From positions 53,414,430-53,478,429 of the forward strand of contig NC_090399.1 in assembly GCF_036365525.1 (NCBI RefSeq): a stretch of DNA of 64,000 nt. The letters run 5' to 3'. The stretch is from Heterodontus francisci (lineage: Eukaryota). Position numbers and translations under genes: made by a program. Shown here one piece after another: positions 12,494 through 25,389 of this stretch (the first letter of the stretch is position 1; every line of letters begins with the position of its first letter). The notes under the pieces are model-generated. The model saw only the letters and a program-made list of their open reading frames with translations, did no database searches and had not been told where the DNA came from.

Positions 12494-14786
12494 AGTTTTG
12501 GGTGAATCAGTTTGGGTGAAAATTAGGAATAGCAGGAGTCAGAAAACATTGGTGGGAGTAGTTTACAGACCCCCGAATATAGTATATACTATATTATAAT
12601 ATAGTTATATTACTGGACAGAGCATTAAACGGGAAATTATTGCAGTGTGTAAAAAAGGTAATGTATTAATTGTGGGGGACTTTAATCTGCATATAGACTG
12701 GGACAATCAAATTGGCAACATTGGTCTAGAGGATGATTTTGTAGAATGTTTTCATGACAGTTTCTTGGAGCAATATGTAGAACCGACTAGGGATCAAGCT
12801 ATCTTAGATCTCATATTGTGTAATGACACAGGGCGAATAAGCCATATCATAATAAAATATCCACGGGAAAGTGTGACCATAATCCCATTGAATTTCATGT
12901 TAAGTTTGAAAGTGACACATATCAATCACAAGCAATAATCCTAAACAAAGCCAATTACGAAGATATGAGGGGAGAACTGGCTAAGGTTAATTGGGTAAAT
13001 AAACTGGAAGGTACGGTGATAAATGAACAGTGGGAAACATTTTAAGAAAAAATTCAAAGGGTTTAACAAAAGTACGTTCCGTTCAAAAACAAAAACCAGT
13101 CAAGAAAGACCCATCCATACATCACTCAGGATGTTAATGAGTGCATTAGACTAAAAGAGGAGGCTTACAATGTTGCAAAAAACAGTAACAAGTCTGAGGA
13201 TTGGGAGTGTTTTAGAAACCAGGAAAGGGCAACCAAAAGGTTGATAAAAGGGAAAAAATAGAATGAGAGTAAACTAGCCAGCAATATAAAAACATTGTAA
13301 GAGCTTTTATAAGTACATGAAAAGGAAGAGAGTAGCGAAAGTAGATGTTGGCCCCTTCGAGGCAGAGACAGGAGAAATCATCATGGGAAATGAGGAAATG
13401 GCAGAGGCATTGAATACATATTTTGTGTTCGTCTTCACAGTAGAAGACACAAGTTCCATACCAGAAATAGGCAGGAACATAGGAGCTAAAAAGAGTAAGG
13501 AAATTGATATCAGCCAAGAAAAAGTATTGGAGAAACCTGAGGAACTAAAATCTGACAAGTCCACAGGACCATACAGTCTACACCCTAGGGTTCTAAAAGA
13601 GATAGCTGCAGAAATAGTGGATGTACTGGCTATGATTTTCCAGAATTCCTTAGATTCAGGAATAGTCCCATCAAAATGGAAGTTGGCAAATGTTACACTG
13701 CTTTTCAAGAAAGGAGGTACAAAGAAAACAGGGAACAGGCCAGTTAGCCTAACATCAATCATTGGGAAGATGCTGGAAACTATTGTTCAAGAAGTCTTAA
13801 CATTGCACTTGGAAAAGCATAGTATGATTAGAACAAGTCAGCATGGTTTTACTAAAAGGAGATCCTGTTTGACAAATTTATTAGAGATTTTTGAGGATGT
13901 AACTAGTAGGGTAGATAAAGGGGAACCAGTAGATGTAGTATACCCGGATTTCCAAAGGACATTTGTTAAGGTCCCATATAAAAGATTAACAAGCAAGATA
14001 AGGGTTGTTCACTTTGGTTGTAAAAATAGAAAAGAAGAATATTTTTTAAAAGGTGTGAAACTGGTAAGTGTTGCTGTTCAGAGAGACATGTGGGCACTTG
14101 TACAAGGAACGCACAAAGTTAACATGCTGGTACAGCAGGCTATTAGGAAGGCAAATGGCATGTTGGCCTTTATTGCAAAGGGATTGGAGTACAGGAATAA
14201 AAACGTCTTACTAACATTTTACTGGGCTTTGGTGAGACCGCACCTGGAATACTGTGTGCAGTTTTGGTCTCCACATTTAAGAAAGGATATACATGCACTG
14301 GAGGCAGTGCAGCGAAGATTTACTAAATTGGTCCCTGGGATGAGGGGGTTGTCCTGTGATGAGAGGCTGAATAAATTGGGCTTATATTCTCTGGAGTTTA
14401 GAAGAATGAGAGGCGATCTGATTGAGACATACAAGATTCTGAAAGGGCTTGATAGGGTAGAAGCTGAGAGATTGTTCCCACTGGTCAGGGAATCTAGAAC
14501 ACGGGGACACAGTCTCAGGATAAGGGGCTGATCATTCAGGACTGAGATAAGGAGAAATTACTGCACTCCAAGGGTTGTGAATCTGCAGAATTCTCTACCC
14601 CAGAGGGTTGTTGATGCTCCATCATTGAATATATTTAAGGCTGGGATAGATAGATTTTTGGTCTCGCAGAGAATCAAGGGATATAGGGAGTGGACAGAAA
14701 AGTGGAATTGAAGCCCAAGATCAGCCATGATAGTATTGAGTGGCAGAGCAGGCTCAGTGGGCCATATGGTCTAGTGTTCTTGAGTT
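12494..14786 (+). mobile_element. CR1 LINE (EN remnant, internally deleted RT, 3' UTR) inserted in Gypsy gag
   Basis: VGDFNL EN motif. The 404-aa ORF has LVRPHLEYCVQFWSP but jumps from SKIR to VVHFG, so the RT core is deleted. Confidence 0.92.
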
Positions 14787-14796
14787 CCTTACAAGG

Positions 14797-17291
14797 TGTT
14801 ATGTCAATGCGTTTTGTTGAAAATATTCTTTGGTCCACTGACAGGAGATCTGAATTTATATTCTTTTTGGAGAAATTTAGAAAGGACATTTTAAAAAGGG
14901 TTAACTGCTAGCAGCTTAAGATGATGGCCTAGTTTACAACACTGTAACCTGTGAGGAGGAGTCAAAATGTCTGTGCATTTCCCAGCAAGAACCAAGACCC
15001 ATGGAGTTTAAAGAAACTAACTGTTCTTTTCAGAAATACTGCTCACTCCTATGTTTGAGTGACTGTCACATGACAACCCCTCCCCATCTGTGGTTTTAAG
15101 CTGGTGTTTTTCTCTACAGCAGATGAGAAGCAACTGGACTCTGACATGAGCAGACCCTGAATGGGTCTCTCTCTCTCTCTGTCCATTCCACTTTGAAAGC
15201 TTTCAAATCCTGCTTGTTGACTGACCACCTTTGTACACTCCGGCTACAATCAGAAACCCTGCTGGAGGAAATCATCCGCATCGCTATCTCCAAGAAACCC
15301 ATCAAATCAGTCATCTATCTCTTCAAGCAAAAAGCTTCAGGTCCACCAAATTCAGCTAGAAGCCAGATGAATCACCAAACTTCACAGACTGTGTACCTTT
15401 TTTTATGGACTCTAACTCAACCAATCTATCTTTCCCCACTCTAACCTATTTGTGTGTGTGTAAACATCTAGTGTGTATGCATGTGTGTGAAGGTTCGAGT
15501 GTTGTTTATTATTTTAACAGTTCGGTTTAGGTATAATAAAGTTTTTTTAAATTCATTCATGGGATGTGGGCATCGCTGGTCAGGCCAGCATTTATTGCCC
15601 ATCCCTAATTGCCCTTGAGAAGGTCGTGGTGAGCTGCCAGTCCATGTGGGGTAGGTACACCCACAGTGCTGTTAGGAAGGGAGTTCCAGGAGTTTGACCC
15701 AGCGACAGTGAAGGAACGGTGATATAGTTCCGAGTCAGGATGGTGTGTGACTTGGAGCGGAACTAGCAGGTGGTGGTGTTCCCATGCATTGGCTGCCCTT
15801 GTACTTCCAGGTGGTAGGGGTCACGGGTTTGGAAGGTGCTATCTCAGGAGCCTTGGTGCATTTCTGCAGTGCATCTTGTAGATGGTACACACTGCTGCCA
15901 CTGTGCGTCGGTGGTGGAGGGAGTGAATGTTTGTGGATGGGTTGCCAATCAAGCGGGCTGCTTTGTCCTGGATGGTGTTGAGCTTCTTGAGTGTTGTTGG
16001 AGCTGCACCCATCTAGGCAAGTGGAGAGTATTCCATCACATTCCTGACTTGTGCCTTGTAGATGGTGGACAGGCTTTGGGGAGTCAGGAGGTGAGTTACT
16101 CGCCTCAGGATTCCTAGCCTCTGACCTGCTCTTGTCGCTATGGTATTTATATGGCAACTCCAGTTCAGTTTCTGGTCAATGGTAGCCCCTAGGATATTGA
16201 TAGTGGGGGATTCAGCAATGGTAATGCCATTGAATGTCAAGGGGAGATGGTTCGATTCTCTCTTGTTGGAGATGGTCATTGTCTGGCACTTGGGTGGCGC
16301 GAATGTTACTTGCCACTTATCAGCTCAAGCCTGGATATTGTCCAGGTCTTGCTGCATTTCTACACGGACTGCTTCAGTATCTGAGGAGTCACAAATGGTT
16401 TTGAATATTGTGCAATCGTCAGTGAACATCCCCACTTCTGACCTTATGATTGAAGGAATGTCATTGATGAAGCAGCTGAAGATAGTTGGGCCTAGGACAC
16501 TACCCTGAGAAACTCCTGCAGTGATGCCCTGGAGCTCAGATGATTGACCTCCAACAACCACAACCATCTTCCTTTGCGCTAGGTATGACTCCAGCCAGTG
16601 GAGGTTTTTCCCCATGATTCCCATTGACCTCAGTTTTGCTAGGGTTCCTTGATGCCATACTCGGTCAAATGCTGCCTTGATGTCAAGAGCAGTCACTCTC
16701 ACCTCACCTCTTGAGTTCAGCTCTTTTGTCCATGTTTGAACCAAGGCTGTAATGAGGTCAAGAGCTGAGTGGCCCTGGCGGAACCTAAACTGAGCGTCAC
16801 TGAGCAGGTTATTGCTAAGCAAATGCCGCTTGATGGCGCTGTTGATGACACTTTCCATCACTTTACTGATGATTGAGAGTAGGCTGATGGGGCTGTAATT
16901 GGTCAGTTTGGACTTGTCCTTTTTGTGTACAGGACATACCTGGGCAATTTTCCACATTGGTGGGAAGATGCCAGTGTTGTAGCTGTACTGGAACAGCTTG
17001 GCTAGGGGCGCAGCAAGTTCTAGAATACAGGGCTTCAGTACTATTGCCGGAATATTGTCAGGGCCTATCGCCTTTGCAGTATCCAGTGCCTTCAGTTCAC
17101 CTCTTTCTTTGTTAATTCAAGAAAACCTGTCCAATTAGTTCTTGTTATGATCATTGCAAGTAAGTATTCAAACACCTACTGAATTGGCCAGTACATTCAC
17201 TTTGAAAAAGAATTAAATCTGTTGTGGGCTATCAAGGAGAAGGAAAAGAGGGAAGCCCTTCACTTCAACCCCTGCTCACTTGACTGCAACA
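14797..17291 (+). mobile_element. Solo LTR with AAGG target-site duplication, interrupted by a LINE
   Basis: Begins TGTTATG and ends GCAACA, flanked by AAGG at 14793-14796 and 17292-17295. Removing it restores gag LQ-GEFVGRAHE. Confidence 0.7.
15543..17096 (-). mobile_element. CR1/L2-group LINE 3' portion (RT)
   Basis: ORF 16325-16957 has PISLLSIISKVME, LDIKAAFDRVWH, GVSQGSVLGP and FTDD; downstream YKAQVR..MEY. Confidence 0.9.
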
Positions 17292-19589
17292 AAGGTGAGT
17301 TCGTGGGTAGAGCTCATGAAGCTTTTTCCATGTTATCAGAGGAATGTTCCTCTGATTATGAACAAACTAAAACTGCAATTCTAAATGCATATGAGCTGCT
17401 ACCAGAAGCATATAGACAGAAATTTCGACACACCTAAAAAAGACTCACACAGACTTACATTGAATTCGAAAGAAATAAACATATGGCTTTTGATCGCTGG
17501 ATACGATCTCTCAAGTTAGAAAATTTGAGAGAAGTGCTGTTGCTGGAAGAGTTCAAAAATAGCATCCCAAGTAGTTTAAAACTCACACTGAAGAACAATG
17601 AATTCACAGGGTGAGGGAAGTCGCCACCATGGCAGATGACTTTGAACTCATACATAAATCCTTTATTCAGGGAAAAACCTTTCGTGATAATTCCCAGAGA
17701 TTTGGTAAGGGTAGAAAGTGCCAAAGTGCTAGCAGATGGAGTGTTAGCGAGAGGGAAACAAAAGGTGAGCACACAAGAAGCCTTCGAATAGTAAGGAAGA
17801 AAATGCAGAGGGCAGGAATATATACCACATACCTGTGTGTTCCCATTGCAGCAAAACAGGGCATAGCAAAGCTGACTGCTGCAAGTTAAAGAGAATGCAA
17901 TTAATCTTGTAGGCGTGCACAAGGTTAACAAAGCAAAGGGTGCCCTGGCAGATCCAACTGTGGCCCTAGCCTTGAGAAAGAACTCCACAAAGAATATTGA
18001 CATAGGTATGGGCGAAGTAGAGAAAATTCCTGCAGAATATCAGGATTTTGTTTTAAAAGGAACGGTGTCTCCATACCCCTCTAGTGAGGCAGGTCAACCC
18101 ATTGTCCTGCTTTAAGACACAGAGGCCATGCAGTCCCTTATGCTGAGTAAAGGAATGACCTTCCCCCCTCCAGAGAGCTCATTAAAAGAGAAGGTTCTGG
18201 TAAAAGGAATTGAAGAAGAATACATGTTTGTACCCCTGTATTGGGTCCACTTGCAACGTGACCTGGTTTCTGAGCCAGTTACTATAGGAATTTTCCCTCG
18301 TCTACCTGTGGCTGGTATCGACCTGCTATTCGGCAATGATTTGGCTGGAGGTAAGGTAGTCGCAGCCCCAGTGATATTAGATCAACTAAATGACGCCAAG
18401 GATACAGAGCAAATTCAGGAGGAAGTCCTTGGAATCTTTATTTCCTATGCGGTAACAAGGGCCATAGCCAAGCAAACTCCCCCAGAGAGAGCTGAACCAG
18501 AAAATCAGCGCAATGATTCAGCGGTCTGGCCAGCTGAAACATTTTTCGGAGATTTAGGGACAGGAAATGGCAGACCCTCCATAATTAAAGCCTAAAAAGC
18601 AGACCCTGGTTTTAAAAAGATAGCACAGGCAGCTTATTCCGAGGCAGACACAGAGAAGCTGCCTGAGTGTTACGATTTAAAAAATGAAATGGAGAACCCC
18701 ACAATGACTCGCGGAGGAGGAGTAGTTCATCCATGTTCTGGTGCTGCTGCCCCTGAAGGACAAACCATTAAAGACCAGGTTTAGTAGCCCATGTAGTGTA
18801 GGGAAAAAGATGAATGAGGTAAACCAACCTTCCTGAATCTCTGGGAATTATCATGAAAGGCTCTTCCCTGAGTAGTGTTTATGTGTGAATTCGAAGTCAT
18901 CTGCCATGGTGGCGGCTTCTCTCACCCTGTGAATTCTTTGTTCCTCTATGTGCGTTCTTATATTACTTGGTATGCTACTTTTGAACTCTTCCAGCAACAT
19001 CTCTAACACTTCTGACAGAAGGAAGAAACAAAAAGTGTGTAATATTAACAGGGTGAAAAGATACTACAGTCAGGAGCTAGACAGATAAATGAGTGTGTGC
19101 CAGAAGTATACATAATAGAGGAAGAAAGCAGAAGTAGTGAGGACGAACTGGACGAAGACAAGAACCCTAAAAACTCGAAAATTGAACCTACCTACTGCTA
19201 AATTGAAAAACTCCAAAATTTTAAAGGAATTAGTCACAATGCTGGACTATCTCTCTGAAAACAGAGACAGGACCTAATCACATTATTAAAAGGAGAGACC
19301 CCACCAATAAAACAGAACCCCTATAGATTGAACCCAAATAAGCGAGCTCAGGCCCGCCAAGAAATTCAGTACATGCATGAAAATTATTGAATGGAACCCA
19401 GAGTGTCTGGAGCTCTCCTATATTATTGGTTCCGAAACCTGATGGTACAACCGGCTCTGTATTGATTACCACAAGGTCAATGCAGTTAAAAAAAAACAAT
19501 TCATACCCAATCCCCCATATCAAAGACTGCATAGAACAGCTAGGAAATTCCATCTACACCAGCAAGATAGACTTATTGAAAGGATACTG

Positions 19590-21385
19590 TACCATTTTTA
19601 TTAAGGAATGCTTTGCTGGTTCAAAAATCTGTCCAATCTTCTGACTTGCCACTAGTCTTCTCAGACTTGTACAGTGTTTCTTTTAATTTGATACTATCCT
19701 TAACTTCCTTATTTAGCCACACATGATGCACCCTTCTCAAAGAGTCTTTCTTTCTCACTGGGATAAATCTTTGCTGAGAGTTATTAAATATCACCTTAAA
19801 AGTCTGCCACTGCATCTCTACTGTTTTACCTTCTAACCTAGTATTCCAGTTCACTTTAGCCAACTCTGCCTTCATACCCTTATAATTACCTTTATTTAGG
19901 TTTAGAACACTAGTCTTAAACCCACACTTCTCACTTTTAAATTGAAATTCTATCATGTTATGATCACGGTCGCCTAGAGGCTCCTTTACTACAAGGTTAT
20001 TGATTAATCCTGTCTAATTGCACATTACAAGGTATAAAATAGCCTGCTCCCTGGTTCACGCTGGAACATACTGCTCTAAGAAATTGTCCGGAATACACTC
20101 TATGAACTCATTTTCCAGGCTACCTTTGCCAATCTGATTTACTCAACCTGCACGTAGATTAAAGTCACCCATGATTATTGCAGTACCTTTCTTACATGTC
20201 CCATTTATTTCTTCCTGTGTACTCTGTCCTACAGTGTAGCTAGTGTTAGGGGGGTCTGTAAACTACTCCCGTAAGTGATCTCTTCCCATTCCTATTTCTT
20301 ATCTCTACCCAAACTGATTCTACGTCGTGCTCTTTTGAACTAAGGTCATCTCTCACTACTGAACTAATGTCCTCCTGAATTAACAGAGCTACTCGACCAC
20401 CTTTTCCTCACTTCCTGTCTTTCCGAAATGTCAAATACCTTTCTATATTCAGGTCCCAGCATTGGTCACCTTGCAACCATGTCTCTGTAATGGCTATCAG
20501 ATCAAACATATCTATTTCTATCAGTGCTAACAATTCATCCATTTTGTTATGAATGCTGCGTGCATTCAGATACAGAGCCTTTAACTCTGGTCTTTTTACC
20601 TTTTCTGTAATCTCTGGCCTTATCTACTGGTGCACTCTTAAGTTTGCATGCTCTGATCCTTCCAGTCACACTCTGGTTATCATTACCCAATTTGCTACCC
20701 TGCTCTGTTACCTTGTTGTCTGCCTTTACTTTACCAAATCTCCCCTCACGTGAGTCCTCTCCCGCCCCCTCACTATTTATTTTAGAGCTCTCTCTGCCGC
20801 CCTAGTTATACGACTCGCCAGAACACTGGTCCCAACAGGGTTCAGGTGAAGACCATCTCAATGGTACAACTCCCACTTTCCTCATTACTGGTGTCAGTGC
20901 CCCATGAATCAAAACCTATTTCTCCCAGACCAGTCTTTTAGCCACACATTCATATCGCTAATCATATTTACCCTGCTCCAATTTGCTCGTGGCTCAGGTA
21001 ATAATCCAGACATTATTACCTTTGAGGTTCTGATTTTTAATTTACCCCCTAGCTGCTCATAATCCTCAAGCAGAACCTCTTTCCTAGTTCTATCTTTTGT
21101 CATTGGACCAAGACAACTGCATCCTTCTCCTTCCCACTGCAAGTTCCTCTCCAGCCCTGAGCAGATGTTCCGAACCCTTAAATCAGGCAGGCAACACAGC
21201 CTCTGGACTCTTGCTCTCAGCTACAGAGAACTGTGTCTATCCCCCTGACTATATTGTCCCCTACCACCACTACATTCCTATTTACTCCTCCTGCTTGAGT
21301 GGTCTGTTTGCTCATCCATCTTGCAGCCCCTGCTCTCATCCATACAAGCTGCAAGAAACTCAAACCTGTTGGACAATTGCAAAGG
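19590..21385 (-). mobile_element. CR1 LINE 5' portion (ORF1 esterase-like remnant + endonuclease)
   Basis: SKVIMSGLLPEPRA (ORF1 SGNH-like) and LNLNKGNYKGMKAEL (ORF2). Confidence 0.8.
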
Positions 21386-21389
21386 CTGG

Positions 21390-22318
21390 AAACCAGGTGA
21401 TCTCAAGTAAACACGACGGGTGGTTTGACTTAAGAGCTATTCTTTGTTGTGACAAGACAGAATTTATGACTAACATGAGACTTACCTGAAAAAAAAAGTT
21501 TAGTTTCATTTTGAACTGTTAAAAGCCAGTGGGTGTGGACTAAAGCAGGCAGTTGGAATCTGCATATGGACCTGCCAGGAGTTCAGAAGAAAACTGTTAC
21601 CTCTCTTTCAAGAATCCCTGCTCTTGAAAAGCAAAAGCCTGTATGAAGTGGTGCCTTTGCCTCCTGCATTTTTGAAGAAACCCTGAATATTTGTAGAAAT
21701 CTTGCGTCTTCAAATGAGCTTTGTATCAAATGTGTGTGAGAACTGACACCTATTGCTGCACACCTGATGGAAGACCTATGTGAAGCCTTCTGCAGTTGAA
21801 TTTCTTTGAACACCTACCCAAAGCAGACTGTTCCTCAACCACATCTGGAAAGACTCCTAGTGGCCACCAACTATTCGACTTTGGGACACCTAGCCAAATC
21901 AAAGGACTTCCTTCCATATCTTTCCAGGCTAAGTTTTTTTTTATCCTTCCATTTCTTTGTAATGGCTGCAAACAAAAATCTCTTTTTTCCTGGTTAACCG
22001 GTTTTTGGATGTGTGAGTGTGTGTGAGGGCTAGGTTATAAAAAATACGCAGCTTTAATATTTTAATTCGCATATATATATATATATATATATATCAATAT
22101 AAGTATATATATACTTCATTATTGGTTAAGACTTGATTTTATAATAAACAGATAATTTTGTTGTTTATTAAAGAAACCTGGTTGGTGTGCTTTATTCTGG
22201 GGACAAACAGAGTATCTCATTGGCTGTTTCAGTAAGTGGGAAAAATTATTGATATGCTGTGACCTGTGGAGAAGCAGGACTGAATTAACAGTGCTCTCTT
22301 CCCACCTTGGTCATAACA
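21390..22318 (+). mobile_element. Solo LTR-like repeat
   Basis: AATAAA followed by a CTGTGGAG..GGTCATAACA terminus similar to the other LTRs here. The 5' boundary is approximate. Confidence 0.5.
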
Positions 22319-22844
22319 CTACTACTAATAAAACCTTAATAAATTACCTGGGTTTCAGAAAATTCTTATTCTATTTCAATTAATGTTAGACTTACCTTGA
22401 TTAAAATCCCTGAGTTTGGATAAGAGAAAAAGAGAAAATGCTCAACAACCAAAGAACCTACCCTCTTTGCTGTGACATCACACTCCAGTTTATTTTGGAA
22501 TGCTCTGAACCCCCCACCCCCTACTCCTCCCACAGCTCTTCAAACTCTTGCCACTGTCTCTAGGATATCCTCTATTTCTCGGAAGCTACTGGTGTCTTCT
22601 ACAGCAATTGTGAGCTGAAAAATGGTAGAAAAAGAAGCACCTCTTTCCCTCTCTGCACCAACTTCCCACATGAACCAAATTCCGAACTACACACTCTGTC
22701 TACGTCTCACTCAGGTATATTCTCCTCTCCACGTGTCCCCAGCTGCCATGGCAGGATTAGAACCCCTGTCCCTAGGGCATTAGCCAGAGTCACTGGATTA
22801 CTAGTTCAGTAACAGCCCTCAGAGAGATTTATTATTGTAATTGT

Positions 22845-23720
22845 ATTGAGGGGACGTAGACAGGTTAAGTGAGTGGGAAAGAACATGGCAGAAGGAATAC
22901 AATGTGGAAAAATGTGAAGTTATCCACTTTGGTACGAAAAACAGAAATGAAGAGTATTTATTAAATGGTGAGAGATTGGGAGGTGTTGATGTCCAGAGAA
23001 ACCTGGGTGTCCTTGTTCATGAGTCACCGAAAGCTATCATGCATGTCCAGCAAGCAATTAGGAAGGCATATGGTGTGTTGGCCTTTATTGCAAGAGGATT
23101 TGAGTACAGGAGTAAAGAAGTCTTGCTGCAATTGTACAGAGCCTTGGTGAGACCACACCTGGAATGTTGTGTACAGTTTTGTTTTCCTTACCAAAGGAAG
23201 GATATACTTGCCTTAGAGACAGTGCAACAAAGGTTAACCAGACTGATTCCTGGGATGACAGGATTGTCCTTTGAGGAGAGATTGAGGAGACTGGGCCGGT
23301 AATCTCTAGAGTTTAGAAGAGTAAGAGATGATCTCATTGAGGCTATAATATTCTTACAGGGCTCGACAGGATAAAGGCAGAAAGGAGGTTTCCCTTGGCT
23401 GGGGTGGAAGGGAGTCTGGAACCAAGGGACACAGTCTCAGAATAAGGGGTAAACCATTTAGGACTGAGATGAGGTGGAATTTCTGCACTCAGAAGATGGT
23501 GACTCTTTGGAATTCTCTACCCCACAGGGCTATGAAGGTTCAGTCATTGAGCATATTCAAGGCAGAGATCAATAGATTTCTATATATTAAACATATCAAG
23601 GGATATGGGGATAGTGTGGGAAAATGGCATTGAAGTAGAAGACCAGTCATGATCTATTTGAATGGTGGAGCAGATTTGAGGGACCAAATGGCCTACTCCT
23701 GCTCCTATTTCCTATGTTCC
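22845..23720 (+). mobile_element. CR1 LINE 3' fragment
   Basis: [20 protein letters not shown], ending in the CR1 tail GGCCTACTCCTGCTCCTATTTCCTATGTTCC. Confidence 0.9.
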
Positions 23721-23990
23721 TAATACTGAGCCCACAGAGGGATATGTTGCTGTAATACTGAGCACAGGAAGGATCCACTACTGTAATATTGAGCGCATGA
23801 AGGATCTATTACTATAATACTGAGCTCACAGAGGGATCTATTGCTGTAATCCTGTGCCCACAAAGAGATCTGATACTGTAATATTAAATGAATGGAAGGA
23901 TCTATTGCTGTACTACTGAGCCCACAAAGCAATCTATTGCTGTACTACTGAGCCCACTGAGAGATCAATTACTTTAGTATTGAGCCCACA
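23720..23990. repeat. Degenerate ~32 bp tandem repeat (~8 copies) just upstream of the alpha2 exon
   Basis: Recurring CTGTAATACTGAGCCCACAGAGGGATCTATTG-like unit. Confidence 0.75.
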
Positions 23991-24065
23991 ATGAGATTCA
24001 GTAAGGTAATAAAGAGACTTTTTCCATTAACAATCAATTTTTGATTTTCTGTTGACTGTTGACAG

Positions 24066-24341
24066 GAATTCACACTTTCCAATGGATAAGAACTGTTGAG
24101 ATCACTGACAACGGCTCCATTAAGAGATCGATGCGTGTTGGATTTGATGGAAAGGATTATATTAGTTTAGAACCTGACAGAATGAAATGGGTTGCAACCA
24201 ATCAGAATGCAGTGAAGACCAAGGAGAAATGGGATTCTGATGAATCCTGGAACAAGTATTGGAAATGGTATTTGGAAGTAGAACTTGTTGAACGTTTAAA
24301 ACTACGTTTACACTTTGGAAAGGAATATTTCCAAAGGAAAG
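24066..24341 (+). CDS. MHC class I heavy chain exon 3 (alpha2 domain), lacking both cysteines
   Basis: Acceptor gttgacag|, donor G|GTATTT, 276 nt. GIHTFQW..GFDGKDYISL..W..KTKEKWD..YLE..L...L..GKE is a class I alpha2 pattern. Confidence 0.93.
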
Positions 24342-24458
24342 GTATTTATTTCAGTTTTTACCCCATGTTCTGATCTAACATCACTGATCTATGAATCCAT
24401 TATCCTGTTCCATTCAGTGTCTGTGTATTGTTTGTGTTTTTATCCTTTCCCATTACAG

Positions 24459-24737
24459 TTCAGCCTGAAGTGTTCATCTCCAGAAGTGACCCCAATAGTC
24501 AGTACAAGCCGTTCACTCTCTCCTGCCTGGTTACTGGATTTTATCCTGTAGACATTGAGGTGAACTGGCTAAGGAATGGAGAGGTAATGTCTGAGAGCCA
24601 ATCCTCGGGGGTGCGACCGAACCACGATGGGACTCATCAGATCCAGAAAGAGATTGAAATAAATGTTGGGGATGAGGATCAATACTCCTGTCAAATTGAT
24701 CACAGCAGCCTGGCAGAGGCCAAGCTCTCTCAGTGGG
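24459..24737 (+). CDS. MHC class I heavy chain exon 4 (alpha3, C1-set Ig domain)
   Basis: Acceptor cattacag|, donor G|GTAAGG, 279 nt. LSCLVTGFYPVDIEVNWLRNG..RPNHDGTHQ..YSCQIDHSSL. Confidence 0.96.
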
Positions 24738-24949
24738 GTAAGGAACTGCCCTGGATGTGTGTGAGAGGAGAGACAGAGAATGAGAGAGAGAGTGGGTGTG
24801 AGCGAGAGGGGAGAATGAATGAGATATAGATTGTAATGGACAGGAGAAACTGAGACTGTGGCAAGGAAACAGATTCAAAAAAAGAAAGGAAGAGTGAAAC
24901 TGGGGAAATTAAAATGAAAGACATCACCAAGCAAGCCATATATTGTACA

Positions 24950-25046
24950 TAAAAACAAGAAATGCTGGAAATACTCAGCAGGTCTGGCAGCATCTATGGA
25001 GAGAGAAGCAGAGTTAACATTTCAGGTCAGTGACCATTCATCAGAA
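24950..25046 (-). mobile_element. Penelope-terminus-derived repeat with a hammerhead-like core
   Basis: Minus strand reads CTGATGA-ATGGTCACTGACCT-GAAA-TGTT-AACTC. Confidence 0.7.
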
Positions 25047-25389
25047 GCCATAATTTGTCATGTTTGATGATTTTCCCATGTTTGGCTGCAGGAGTTTTGA
25101 ACTGACTTACATTGCTATGTTGCTGTTGAAGTAAATTCAGCAGACAAGTGGTTAAATCCACCCAGCGAACAAGCTTTCAAGGAAAGCTTGGTCGATCAGC
25201 AACTGGGGTTTGATAAAGTGGCTGTCAGAATTGTGTTTTTCACAAACCACATCAGTTGGAGACAAAGAGGATTCCTTGCTACTTTGCTGACAAACACACA
25301 TCCAATATTACGATGGCCTCAACCCCCAGAGCAAATCACGAGGTGGCTGCTCGGAGCCCAGAAAATAGAAGGTGGGGCAAGTTTAAAGG

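Larger units (their letters stand above)
10560..19590 (+). mobile_element. Decayed Gypsy LTR retrotransposon (LTR end, PBS, gag, protease, RT start) split by nested insertions
   Basis: LTR end TAACA followed by AATTGGGAGCTC at 10629-10645. gag pieces at 10787-10935, 12040-12493 (LVPKF..YFISFE..WPL) and 17292-17700 (AYELLPEAYRQKFR). Protease remnant near 18105-18360 (GIDLLFGNDLAG). RT start WSSPILLVPKPDG..KIDLLKGY at 19400-19590. Confidence 0.8.
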
